A stretch of 64,000 nt of DNA from an uncultured bacterium (GTDB lineage Bacteria > Bacillota_I > Bacilli_A > RFN20 > CAG-826), in the NCBI GenBank assembly GCA_949299395.1, contig CASGAB010000002.1, positions 23,734-87,733 of the forward strand. Direction: 5' to 3'. Position numbers and translations under genes: made by a program. A model generated the notes under the pieces. The model saw only the letters and a program-made list of their open reading frames with translations, had not been told where the DNA came from and did not search any database. Shown one piece after another: positions 55,480 through 64,000 of this stretch. Numbering within the stretch: position 1 is the stretch's first letter; each line of letters opens with the position of its first letter.

Positions 55480-57441
55480 CTAGTTGTTTCCATTTCCTGG
55501 ATTTGTATTTAATGAAGTGGAGTAGTAACAAAGTTTGCCTTCGCCATAATATTCCATTTCACCAAAGTGAATAGCACAAGTTTCTGGAATTAAACCAATT
55601 TTTCTATTCTTTTCTTGTTCGACTAAGGTTGTGTCATAAGAATTCCAAGCATCGATTAAGCTTTGAGTATTAGTTGATTCAACACTTAACATTTTTTGAG
55701 TGATGTATTGATCAACTTTAGCTTGAATTACATCATCTTGTGCTTTGAAATTACCTTCTGTAACCCATTGGAATAATTGGAAATCTTTTTGTGTACCAGT
55801 GTAAGTTTCATATTTTTCACCAATACCTGTAATTCCTGAATCGCTATTTCCATAGATTCTTTCGTTATATCCTTCAACAGTTGTATTAATTGAATTAACG
55901 TATGTTTGAAGAGGTAAGTTATCTGAACCTTTAGGGAAATCTGGGTTGTAATATTTATTACCGTTAGCATCTTGACCGTTTTGTTCAAGAGGGTTAACCG
56001 GAGCATAATATTCATTTAATTTAACTTCAGCTGTTGCTTGATCTTCTAATGGAGATTTTTCAATAACAACAAAGTGAATTCCAGCATTACCTGTTTCTGA
56101 TCTAGAAACGACAATTGGATTTCCTTTTTCATCACATAAAACAGGATATTCTAAACCTTCAATCTTTTGGAAGTGAGCTGCTTCAGATGAACCTTCTGGC
56201 CAATAAGCTTCAGCTCCGAGTTTATAATTTCCTTCTTCATCTAAGTCGGATTTAACAACTGTTCCAGTATCAGTCATTGTATATTCGTGTTCTGGATCAC
56301 TTGAATCAACTTTTGTATTGACGATGAAGTTGATGTTGTGTGAATTGAAGTATTTATTAAAGATAATATTTCTTGGATAGTAAGATTGATTACCTTCGTT
56401 AACTGTTAAGTCTTGACCAGTTGTAGGATCTTTATAAGAATCAACGTCTTTGTATTCGTTTAATTTTACAACTGCTTCATAAGGAATATATTGTGGACCA
56501 ACAGCTTTTAAGTCTTCTTCAACATCAGTAGGCATATTGAATTTTTCAACGAGGTTTTCAAATTCTTGATTACTTCTTAATTCTTCATTATATAAAGCAT
56601 CGTAAGTATATAAACCAAGTTTAAATTCATTAATGAATGATGTATCTAAATCCATTAAATGTTCGCCGTAATTTTTAGCACTTGCTGAATCATCAGTTAA
56701 TCTTTTTGCGATGTCTGCATAAGTATTTGTGTTTGTATCTGATTTAACTAATGCTTCAAAAAGATTATAAAGCTGTTCAGCGTCTTCACTAGAAATTTGT
56801 CCAGTTGAATAGTTAGCAGCATCAGCATCGACTTGAATAAGAATGTCTCTAACGTGATATGGTAATTTAGTTTTAATATAGCCATTTTCACCATAGACCA
56901 TGTTAAATTCATTAACTTCGTCTTCGCTTGCTTCATCTTTATCTGGATTCCATTGGTTGAATGTATTGTAGAATTCATCACCAACAATTTCTTTCATGGC
57001 TGTAACTTCGCATTGTAAATAATATTGATGTTCTCTATCCTCAACACTCATATCGCCAACAATACCTAAAGTATCTTTTAAATAATCTTCCCATGAAGTA
57101 CCTGCAGTATCTGCAGCATCTTTTGCTTCATCAACTGCTCTATTTGCATCGCTTTGAGCGTCGCTTAATCTATCCTTAAATCTGCCGTTAGTGAAAACTT
57201 CTCTAAGAGCAACCTCATAAATAGCATTGTAATAAGCTTCTGTTGCTGTAGCACCATTATTTGTTAAATAACGATCTAAAACATCTTGAGCGGTGATTTC
57301 TTGTGTAACGGAAGTTCCGTTAGCTGTTTCATAAGTGAAATCGATTACGAAATCTTCTTTTTGGGAAATTCCGCAACCACTTAATGCTATTGTGGAAAAG
57401 GCTGATAAAGCTAAAATCAATGATTTAGTACTTTTTTTCAT
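55480..57441 (-). CDS. Large lipoprotein with interrupted parvulin (PrsA-like PPIase) domain
   Basis: Lipobox LSGC; YHVRDILIQ, YADIAKRLTDDSASAKNYGE, FINEF, AGIHFVVI; near hit and yhaM, like prsA in Firmicutes. Confidence 0.6.
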   Translation of the reverse strand: MKKSTKSLILALSAFSTIALSGCGISQKEDFVIDFTYETANGTSVTQEITAQDVLDRYLTNNGATATEAYYNAIYEVALREVFTNGRFKDRLSDAQSDANRAVDEAKDAADTAGTSWEDYLKDTLGIVGDMSVEDREHQYYLQCEVTAMKEIVGDEFYNTFNQWNPDKDEASEDEVNEFNMVYGENGYIKTKLPYHVRDILIQVDADAANYSTGQISSEDAEQLYNLFEALVKSDTNTNTYADIAKRLTDDSASAKNYGEHLMDLDTSFINEFKLGLYTYDALYNEELRSNQEFENLVEKFNMPTDVEEDLKAVGPQYIPYEAVVKLNEYKDVDSYKDPTTGQDLTVNEGNQSYYPRNIIFNKYFNSHNINFIVNTKVDSSDPEHEYTMTDTGTVVKSDLDEEGNYKLGAEAYWPEGSSEAAHFQKIEGLEYPVLCDEKGNPIVVSRSETGNAGIHFVVIEKSPLEDQATAEVKLNEYYAPVNPLEQNGQDANGNKYYNPDFPKGSDNLPLQTYVNSINTTVEGYNERIYGNSDSGITGIGEKYETYTGTQKDFQLFQWVTEGNFKAQDDVIQAKVDQYITQKMLSVESTNTQSLIDAWNSYDTTLVEQEKNRKIGLIPETCAIHFGEMEYYGEGKLCYYSTSLNTNPGNGNN

Positions 57442-57622
57442 ATCTTTTTCCTTCCATAAATAAAATTGCTATTCGTTCAAATAGCGTTTTTAATTTTATA
57501 CTATAAGTATAAAAGTTTCAACAAGATAAATTGTTATCTTTTATCGCGAAATTTGAGAATATAATTTGAGAGAGAAATGATATTGTTATAGAATATTTAC
57601 GCAAAAAATAGGGTGATTAGAA

Positions 57623-58456
57623 ATGAAAAGTTTAGAAATTAGGAATTTACACGCTGAAGTCGAAGGAAAAGAGATATTAAAAGGTGTCGATTTAACTCTT
57701 AATGAAGGAGAGATTTTAGCTCTTTTAGGGCCAAATGGTCATGGTAAATCAACTCTTTTAGCTGCGATTATGGGAAATCCTCGTTATCTCGTTACTGAAG
57801 GCGAGATTATTTTTGATGGGAAAGACGTCTTAAGTATGAGTGTTGATGAAAGAAGTAAGGCAGGTTTATTTTTGGCTTTCCAAAATCCTAGTGAAATTCC
57901 TGGTGTTGTTTCTGCAGACTTTTTTAAAGGAGCAATTAATGCTCATAGAAATAACAAAGTTAAATTATTTGAATTCTATCGCTCTTTAGAAAATGCATGT
58001 AAAGAAGTTAATTTACCTTTTGATATGGTAAATAGAAATTTAAATGATGGATTTAGTGGCGGAGAAAAGAAAAGAAACGAAATTTTACAAATGATCTTAT
58101 TAAATCCAAACATTGCAATGTTAGACGAAATCGATTCAGGGCTTGATGTTGATGCTATCAACACTGTTTCTCAATCAATTGTTAAACAATTTAGGGAAAA
58201 AAATACCGGATTCTTAGTGATTTCTCACTATGCTCGTTTATTTGATTTAATCCATCCTACAAAAACTGCAATTATGATTAATGGAAGAATTATCACAGTT
58301 GGTGATGCTTCTTTAATTAAAAAGATTGATAGCGAAGGTTACGAATGGATTGAAAAAGAATTTGGAATCTCTACCAAAAAAGAAGATGATAACCAAATGA
58401 ATAAAGTTTCAATTGGTGTTTGTGCAACGAAAGAAGTATTAAAAAATGTTAAATAA
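57623..58456 (+). CDS. sufC: Fe-S assembly ATPase
   Basis: GPNGHGKST, FLAFQNP.EIPGV, GFSGGEKKRNEILQ, LDEIDSGLD. Confidence 0.96.
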   Translation: MKSLEIRNLHAEVEGKEILKGVDLTLNEGEILALLGPNGHGKSTLLAAIMGNPRYLVTEGEIIFDGKDVLSMSVDERSKAGLFLAFQNPSEIPGVVSADFFKGAINAHRNNKVKLFEFYRSLENACKEVNLPFDMVNRNLNDGFSGGEKKRNEILQMILLNPNIAMLDEIDSGLDVDAINTVSQSIVKQFREKNTGFLVISHYARLFDLIHPTKTAIMINGRIITVGDASLIKKIDSEGYEWIEKEFGISTKKEDDNQMNKVSIGVCATKEVLKNVK

Positions 58457-59228
58457 GGTTACTAATTATTTTTATGAGGGATTAAGTGAAGCAACTGTTT
58501 CTTTAAAATTTGAAGATGCAGTAACTTTTTTAGTCCAAGATAATAGTAATGTTACTTTAGATATTTCAGAATTTAATAAAAATAACGAAGTTGTCATCGT
58601 TTTAGGCCAAAACTCAATATTTAATTTAAGATTATTAGTTTTAGATAATTTAAAAGATTTTAATGTTAAAGTAAATGTTCCACGTGGAAGTAAATTTGAT
58701 TTGGTAATTGCAGATTTTTCTAAAGATGTTGAGACATTTAATGCTTTAGTAAATTTAGAAGGAGAAAGTGCTGAATCAAATATTCATTTGGCAGCTTTAT
58801 CAAAAGAAAACGAAAAGAAAAAATATTCATTATCATTTGATCATAAGGTTGGTAAAACAAAGTCATTAATTGATGCTTATGGAGTTAGTAAAGATTCATC
58901 ATTATTTAAAATTGATGGTATTTCTCATGTTTATCCAAACGCATCAAAATCAGACGCAACCCAAAAAGCAAGAGTTATCCTTTTTGATAAAGAAAGTGAA
59001 GCTATCGCAAACCCAATTTTAAAGATTGATAACAATGATATTAAAGCTCAACACGCTTGTGCAATCGGTTCATTAAAAGAAGAACATTTATATTATCTTT
59101 TATCTAGAGGAATTGAGTTAAAAGAAGCTAGAAATTTAATCACTTTAGGCTATCTTTTACCAATTTCTAAATATTTTAATGAAAAAGACGAAGAAAAAAT
59201 CAAAGAGATTATTGGAGGTAATTTTTAA
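58446..59228 (+). CDS. sufD: Fe-S assembly protein SufD (short)
   Basis: NPILKIDNNDIKAQHACAIG, YYLLSRGI; position in the suf operon. Confidence 0.88.
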   Translation: MLNKVTNYFYEGLSEATVSLKFEDAVTFLVQDNSNVTLDISEFNKNNEVVIVLGQNSIFNLRLLVLDNLKDFNVKVNVPRGSKFDLVIADFSKDVETFNALVNLEGESAESNIHLAALSKENEKKKYSLSFDHKVGKTKSLIDAYGVSKDSSLFKIDGISHVYPNASKSDATQKARVILFDKESEAIANPILKIDNNDIKAQHACAIGSLKEEHLYYLLSRGIELKEARNLITLGYLLPISKYFNEKDEEKIKEIIGGNF

Positions 59229-59230
59229 TT

Positions 59231-60460
59231 ATGTTAGATGTTAAAAAGATTAAAAAAGATTTTCCAATTTTTGCTAATCATGAAAACGATAAAAAACCTC
59301 TAGTTTATCTAGATAATGCTGCAACAACTTTTAAACCAAAAGCAGTTATTGATGCTTGTTCTAGATATTATGAAATGGATGGAGCAAATGCTCATAGAGG
59401 CGATTATGATTTGGCATTCAATGTTGATAAAGAAGTTGAAAATTGCCGCAAACATCTTGCAAATTTCTTAAACGCTTTACCAAGAGAAGTTGTTTTCACT
59501 AGCGGAACCTCAATGTCGATGAACTTAGTTGCTTATGGCTATGGAATTAAATTTTTAACTGAAAATGATGAAATTTTATTAACTGAAGCTGAACACGCAT
59601 CTAATGTTTTACCTTGGTTTAAGGTTGCTGAAACAACTAAAGCAAAAATTAAATATATTCCTTTAGATGAAGATGGAAGGTGCACTCCAGAAAATTTAAG
59701 AAAAGTAATTACTAAAAACACAAAAGTTGTTTCAATTGCTCAAGTTACTAATGTTTTAGGATTTAAAATTGATATTAAGGAAATGGCTAAAATAGCTCAT
59801 GAATATGGCGCAATTTTAGTTTGCGATGGTGCTCAAAGTGCACCTCATATGAAGATTGATGTTAAAGATTTAGATTGCGATTTCTTCTGTTTAAGTGCTC
59901 ATAAATTACTCGGCCCAACAGGAATCGGTGCTTTATATGGAAAGTTCGAACTTTTAGAAAAAATGGATCCGTTTATGATGGGTGGCGGAGATAATGCTCG
60001 TTTTGATATGTGTGGAAATGTTGCATATTTAAAACCACCAGCAAAATTTGAAGCGGGAACTATAAACATTTCTTCAATTTATGGATTTGATGCTGCTTTA
60101 ACTTATTTAGAAAATATTGGCTTAGAAAATATTGAAAAACACGAAGAAGAATTGAGAAAATACGCAATTTCAAAGTTAAAAACTCTCGATAACGTTATTA
60201 TTTATAATGAAAAAGCTGATGCTGGAATCATTACTATGAATGTTAAAAATGTATTCCCTCAAGATGAAGTTTCTTTTTTAAATAGTAAAGGAATTTGTGT
60301 TAGAAGCGGTGAACACTGTGCCAAATTATTAAAAGATAGATTAAAAACTGTCGGAACTATTCGTGTCTCGTTCTATTTATATAATGATAAAGATGATGTT
60401 GATGCATTATACGACGCTTTAAAAAATGGAGGTGACTTTTTAGATGCTTACTTTAACTAA
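59231..60460 (+). CDS. sufS: Cysteine desulfurase
   Basis: YLDNAATT, DGAQS, SAHKLLGP, FEAGT, RSGEHCA. Confidence 0.95.
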   Translation: MLDVKKIKKDFPIFANHENDKKPLVYLDNAATTFKPKAVIDACSRYYEMDGANAHRGDYDLAFNVDKEVENCRKHLANFLNALPREVVFTSGTSMSMNLVAYGYGIKFLTENDEILLTEAEHASNVLPWFKVAETTKAKIKYIPLDEDGRCTPENLRKVITKNTKVVSIAQVTNVLGFKIDIKEMAKIAHEYGAILVCDGAQSAPHMKIDVKDLDCDFFCLSAHKLLGPTGIGALYGKFELLEKMDPFMMGGGDNARFDMCGNVAYLKPPAKFEAGTINISSIYGFDAALTYLENIGLENIEKHEEELRKYAISKLKTLDNVIIYNEKADAGIITMNVKNVFPQDEVSFLNSKGICVRSGEHCAKLLKDRLKTVGTIRVSFYLYNDKDDVDALYDALKNGGDFLDAYFN

Positions 60461-60899
60461 TGAAATGAAAAGAGAGATTATTATGGAGCATTACAACTCT
60501 CCAAATAATAAAGTAGAAGATATTACCTCAATTAGTGGCTATGAAAACTTCAAAAAAATTAGAATGGATAGCGATTCTTGTGTTGATGACATCACAATTT
60601 ATCTAGGAATTGATGAATCAAAAAATATTAAAGAAGCATATTTTTGTGGTGTAGCTTGTGCTATTTCTACTGCTTCAACCGATATTTTATGCGATATGGT
60701 TAAAGGAAAAAGCGAAGAAGATGCACTTTATATCATTAAACAATATGAAAATATGCTTTATGAAAAAGAATATGATAGTGAAGTTTTAGAAGAATTAAAT
60801 GCTTTTAGTGAAACTCATAAACAAGCCGCAAGAATTAAATGTGCAACTTTAGGAGCAACTGGTATTGAAATGATAATTAATGGAGAAGAAGATGAGTAA
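60444..60899 (+). CDS. sufU: SufU sulfur-transfer/scaffold protein
   Basis: [29 protein letters not shown]. Confidence 0.9.
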   Translation: MLTLTNEMKREIIMEHYNSPNNKVEDITSISGYENFKKIRMDSDSCVDDITIYLGIDESKNIKEAYFCGVACAISTASTDILCDMVKGKSEEDALYIIKQYENMLYEKEYDSEVLEELNAFSETHKQAARIKCATLGATGIEMIINGEEDE

Positions 60900-62295
60900 A
60901 AAGTTTGAAGAAATAAACTTAGATACCAAAAAATACGATTTTAAGGATGATATTTCCTCAATTTTTACAACTGGAAAAGGAATCAATGAAGAAGTTGTTC
61001 GTACAATTTCCAAAGCAAAAGGCGAACCAGAATGGATGCTCGAATTTAGACTCGATGCTTATCGCAAATTTGTTAAAATGCCTTTCCCTAATTTTGGTCC
61101 AGATGTTTCTTTTTTAGACTTCGATTCTTTTACTTACTTCAATAGATATTCTTCAAAAGAAGGAAAAAGTTGGGACGAAGTTCCTGATCAAATTAAAGAT
61201 ACTTTTAATAAACTTGGTATCCCAGAAGCTGAGCAAAAATATTTAGCAGGCGCTTCAACACAATATGAAAGTGAGATGGTTTACCATAATATGCTTAAAG
61301 AAGTCGAAGAAAAAGGCGTTATTTTCCTTTCGACTGATATGGCTTTAAAACTTTATCCTGATTTAGTTAAAAAATATTTTGGCCAAATTGTTAATGTTGC
61401 AGATAACAAATTTTCAGCATTAAATGGCGCAGTTTGGAGTGGCGGAAGTTTTATTTATGTTCCTAAAGGGGTAAAACTTGAAAAGCCATTACAATCATAT
61501 TTTAGAATTAATAACGAAAAAACTGGTCAATTTGAAAGAACCTTAATTATTGTTGATGAAGGTGCTGATGTTCATTACGTTGAAGGATGTACAGCTCCAA
61601 TTTATTCAAAAGAATCTTTACACGCTGCAGTTGTTGAAATTTTTGTTCATAAAAACGGTAAATGTCGTTATTCAACAGTTCAAAATTGGTCAAATAATAT
61701 TGTTAATATGGTTACAAAAAGAGCGGTTTGCTATGAAAATGCAACCATGGAATGGATTGATGGAAATATCGGTAGTCAAATCAATATGAAATACCCAGCT
61801 TGTGTTTTAAGAGGCGAAGGTGCAAAAGGCCTTTGTATTTCAATTGCTGTTGCTGGAAAAAGGCAATATCAAGATGCTGGAGCTAGGATGATTCATGAAG
61901 CAAAAAATACCTCATCATCGATAATTTCTAAATCTATTGTTAAAGATGGTGGTGTTTCAAATTATAGAGGAACAGCAAGAATTAAAAAGGATGCAATCAA
62001 TAGTAAAACACACATTGAATGTGATACTTTGATTTTAGATGATATTTCAAAATCAGATACAATCCCAAAGAATGAAGTTCATAATAATTCATCTTATTTA
62101 GAACATGAAGCAACTGTTTCAAAAATCGACGAAGATCAATTATTTTATTTAATGAGTAAAGGAATTTCTAAAAAAGATGCTACTCAAATGATTGTTTTAG
62201 GATTTATTGAACCATTCTCAAAAGAATTACCTATGGAATATGCTGTTGAATTAAATCAACTTATTAAATTAGACATGGACGGAAGCGTTGGTTAA
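60892..62295 (+). CDS. sufB: Fe-S assembly protein SufB
   Basis: AQYESE-like [42 protein letters not shown] 60892 follows GGAG and is preferred to 60880. Confidence 0.96.
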   Translation: MSKKFEEINLDTKKYDFKDDISSIFTTGKGINEEVVRTISKAKGEPEWMLEFRLDAYRKFVKMPFPNFGPDVSFLDFDSFTYFNRYSSKEGKSWDEVPDQIKDTFNKLGIPEAEQKYLAGASTQYESEMVYHNMLKEVEEKGVIFLSTDMALKLYPDLVKKYFGQIVNVADNKFSALNGAVWSGGSFIYVPKGVKLEKPLQSYFRINNEKTGQFERTLIIVDEGADVHYVEGCTAPIYSKESLHAAVVEIFVHKNGKCRYSTVQNWSNNIVNMVTKRAVCYENATMEWIDGNIGSQINMKYPACVLRGEGAKGLCISIAVAGKRQYQDAGARMIHEAKNTSSSIISKSIVKDGGVSNYRGTARIKKDAINSKTHIECDTLILDDISKSDTIPKNEVHNNSSYLEHEATVSKIDEDQLFYLMSKGISKKDATQMIVLGFIEPFSKELPMEYAVELNQLIKLDMDGSVG

Positions 62296-62298
62296 TAA

Positions 62299-64000
62299 AT
62301 GTTAAACGAAAATATATTAGATAGTTACGATGTTATTGTTGTAGGTGCTGGTCATGCTGGAAATGAAGCCGCATTAGCAGTAGCTAGAATGAATAAAAGA
62401 GTTTTACTTATAACTCTTAATTTTAAGATGGCTTCTAATATGCCTTGTAATCCTTCAATTGGAGGAAGTGCAAAAGGTATTGTTGTTAGAGAAATTGATG
62501 CTTTAGGCGGATTCATGGGTAAATGTGCTGATCAAGAATATTTACAGATGAAAATGTTAAACACTAAAAAAGGCCCGGGTGTTCAATGTTTAAGAGCTCA
62601 AGCAGATAAAAAAAGATATCCTGCAAATATGCAAAAACACCTTTTATCTGTAAATAATTTAGATATTTTAGAGGATGAAGTTACTGGATTATTAAATGAT
62701 GAAAATACTGTTTTTGGTATAACAACAAGAAACGGGAGATCAATAAAATCAAAAGCTGTTATTTTAGCAACCGGAACATATATGGATTCCGAAATTTTAA
62801 AAGGACACCATAAAGAAAGCGCTGGACCTGATGGAGAAAAACCTTCAATTGGTTTATCAGAGCACTTGAAGAAAATGGGTTTAAAGATTCAAAGACTTAA
62901 AACCGGAACTCCTCAAAGAATCGCAAAAGAATCAATCGATTTTTCTAAGGGCGAAATTCAATATGGAAACGTCGAAGATGAAGGTTTTTCTTATGAAACA
63001 AATGAATTTATTCCTTTAAGCGAACAAATTCCTTGTTATTTAATTTATACAACTCCTGAAACTCATAAAATTATTAATGAACATTTATTAGATTCTGCAA
63101 TGTATGGAGGAATTGTAACTGGTGTTGGTCCAAGATATTGTCCATCTATTGAAGATAAAATTGTTCGTTTTAAAGATAAACCAAGACATCAATTGTTTTT
63201 AGAACCTGAAAGTTATGATACAAATTCAATTTATGTTCAAGGTTTTTCAACTTCAATGCCTGAAGAAGTTCAAGACGAAATGGTTCGTTCACTTCCAGGA
63301 ATGAAAAATGCAAAAATTTTAAAATATGCCTACGCTATTGAATACGATGCTTTAGATCCCCTTGAATTTGATAACACATTAATGGTTAAAAAATATAAAG
63401 GACTCTTTATTTCTGGTCAAATTTGTGGAACAAGTGGTTATGAAGAAGCTGCTGGCTTAGGGTTAATGGCTGGAGTTAATGCTTGTCTATATATTGATCA
63501 AAAACCTCCGTTTATTTTAAGAAGAGATGAAGCTTATATTGGCGTTATGATTGATGATTTAATCACAAAAGGAACCAATGAACCTTATAGATTATTATCT
63601 TCAAGAGCTGAATATCGTTTACTTTTAAGACATGACAATGCAGATTATAGATTAAGTAAAAAAGCCCATGAATTAGGTTTAATTTCAGATGTAAGATATC
63701 AAAAATTTGTTGATAAAAAAGAAAGACAAAAGAAACTTTTAGAATTGCTTGATAATACATTCTTTGGTGCAAAATCATCTGTTAATGATTATTTAGAGTC
63801 CTTAGGTTATGAAAAATTAACTTATGGAGTTAGTGCAAAAGAAGTTTTAAAAAGAAACGAAGTTACTTTTAAAGATTTAGAAAAATATTTAGATATCCCT
63901 GAAGAATTAAAAATTGATGATTTAGCTAAAAAACAATTAGAAATCTATGTTAAATACGAAGGATATATCAAAAATCAAATGAAGGAAGCAGAAAAACTTC
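62299..64000 (+). CDS. mnmG: tRNA U34 carboxymethylaminomethyl modification enzyme MnmG/GidA (partial, runs off the right edge of the window)
   Basis: Not in the ORF track. Read by hand: YDVIVVGAGHAG, MPCNPSIGGSAKG, KGPGV..LRAQAD, RLKTGTP, GPRYCPSIEDK, GQICGTSGYEEAAGLG. Confidence 0.96.
   Translation, partial: MLNENILDSYDVIVVGAGHAGNEAALAVARMNKRVLLITLNFKMASNMPCNPSIGGSAKGIVVREIDALGGFMGKCADQEYLQMKMLNTKKGPGVQCLRAQADKKRYPANMQKHLLSVNNLDILEDEVTGLLNDENTVFGITTRNGRSIKSKAVILATGTYMDSEILKGHHKESAGPDGEKPSIGLSEHLKKMGLKIQRLKTGTPQRIAKESIDFSKGEIQYGNVEDEGFSYETNEFIPLSEQIPCYLIYTTPETHKIINEHLLDSAMYGGIVTGVGPRYCPSIEDKIVRFKDKPRHQLFLEPESYDTNSIYVQGFSTSMPEEVQDEMVRSLPGMKNAKILKYAYAIEYDALDPLEFDNTLMVKKYKGLFISGQICGTSGYEEAAGLGLMAGVNACLYIDQKPPFILRRDEAYIGVMIDDLITKGTNEPYRLLSSRAEYRLLLRHDNADYRLSKKAHELGLISDVRYQKFVDKKERQKKLLELLDNTFFGAKSSVNDYLESLGYEKLTYGVSAKEVLKRNEVTFKDLEKYLDIPEELKIDDLAKKQLEIYVKYEGYIKNQMKEAEKL

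Noticed and set aside
3266-63778. Many short track ORFs (60-145 aa) antisense to or overlapping long genes, e.g. 3266-3526, 9166-9603, 21367-21759, 33983-34261
   Set aside because: They lie within well-supported genes, lack RBSs and motifs, and have the composition expected of shadow frames.
1-64000. CRISPR arrays, tRNA/rRNA genes, prophage or defence islands
   Set aside because: No regularly spaced repeats, cloverleaf or rRNA signatures, or phage/defence motifs recognised; intergenic gaps are all under about 370 nt.

Overview
AT-rich, gene-dense chromosomal segment from an anaerobic low-GC Bacilli-type bacterium. The lineage is inferred: it may be a reduced gut lineage such as RFN20/RF39/Erysipelotrichales. 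The standard genetic code applies (TGG=Trp, TGA used as stop). Most genes lie on the + strand. The window holds the origin-proximal Firmicutes block (rpsF-ssb-rpsR, gdpP-rplI-dnaB-walJ-rlmH, mnmG), pseudouridine catabolism genes, a BMP-type nucleoside ABC importer, pyruvate:ferredoxin oxidoreductase, NfnAB, asnA, a Mn-riboswitch-controlled P-type ATPase, a glycolipid module, recX-yhaM, hit and a sufCDSUB operon. I saw no rRNA, tRNA, CRISPR array, transposase or prophage. Main leads: (1) a purine-riboswitch-fold RNA with a non-canonical ligand pocket (C47/C51/C74, A46.G53) and a complete expression platform upstream of the nucleoside importer; (2) a ThyX-fold protein lacking the canonical RHR motif, overlapping folD; (3) a GuaA homologue that has lost the HHN loop and many substrate-binding residues; (4) an MFS transporter-GH2 glycosidase fusion; (5) a PP-loop/Cys-rich enzyme operon with a flavodoxin-ferredoxin; (6) a tandem pair of very large PrsA-like lipoproteins. 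All family assignments come from motifs recalled by eye; no database search was run.
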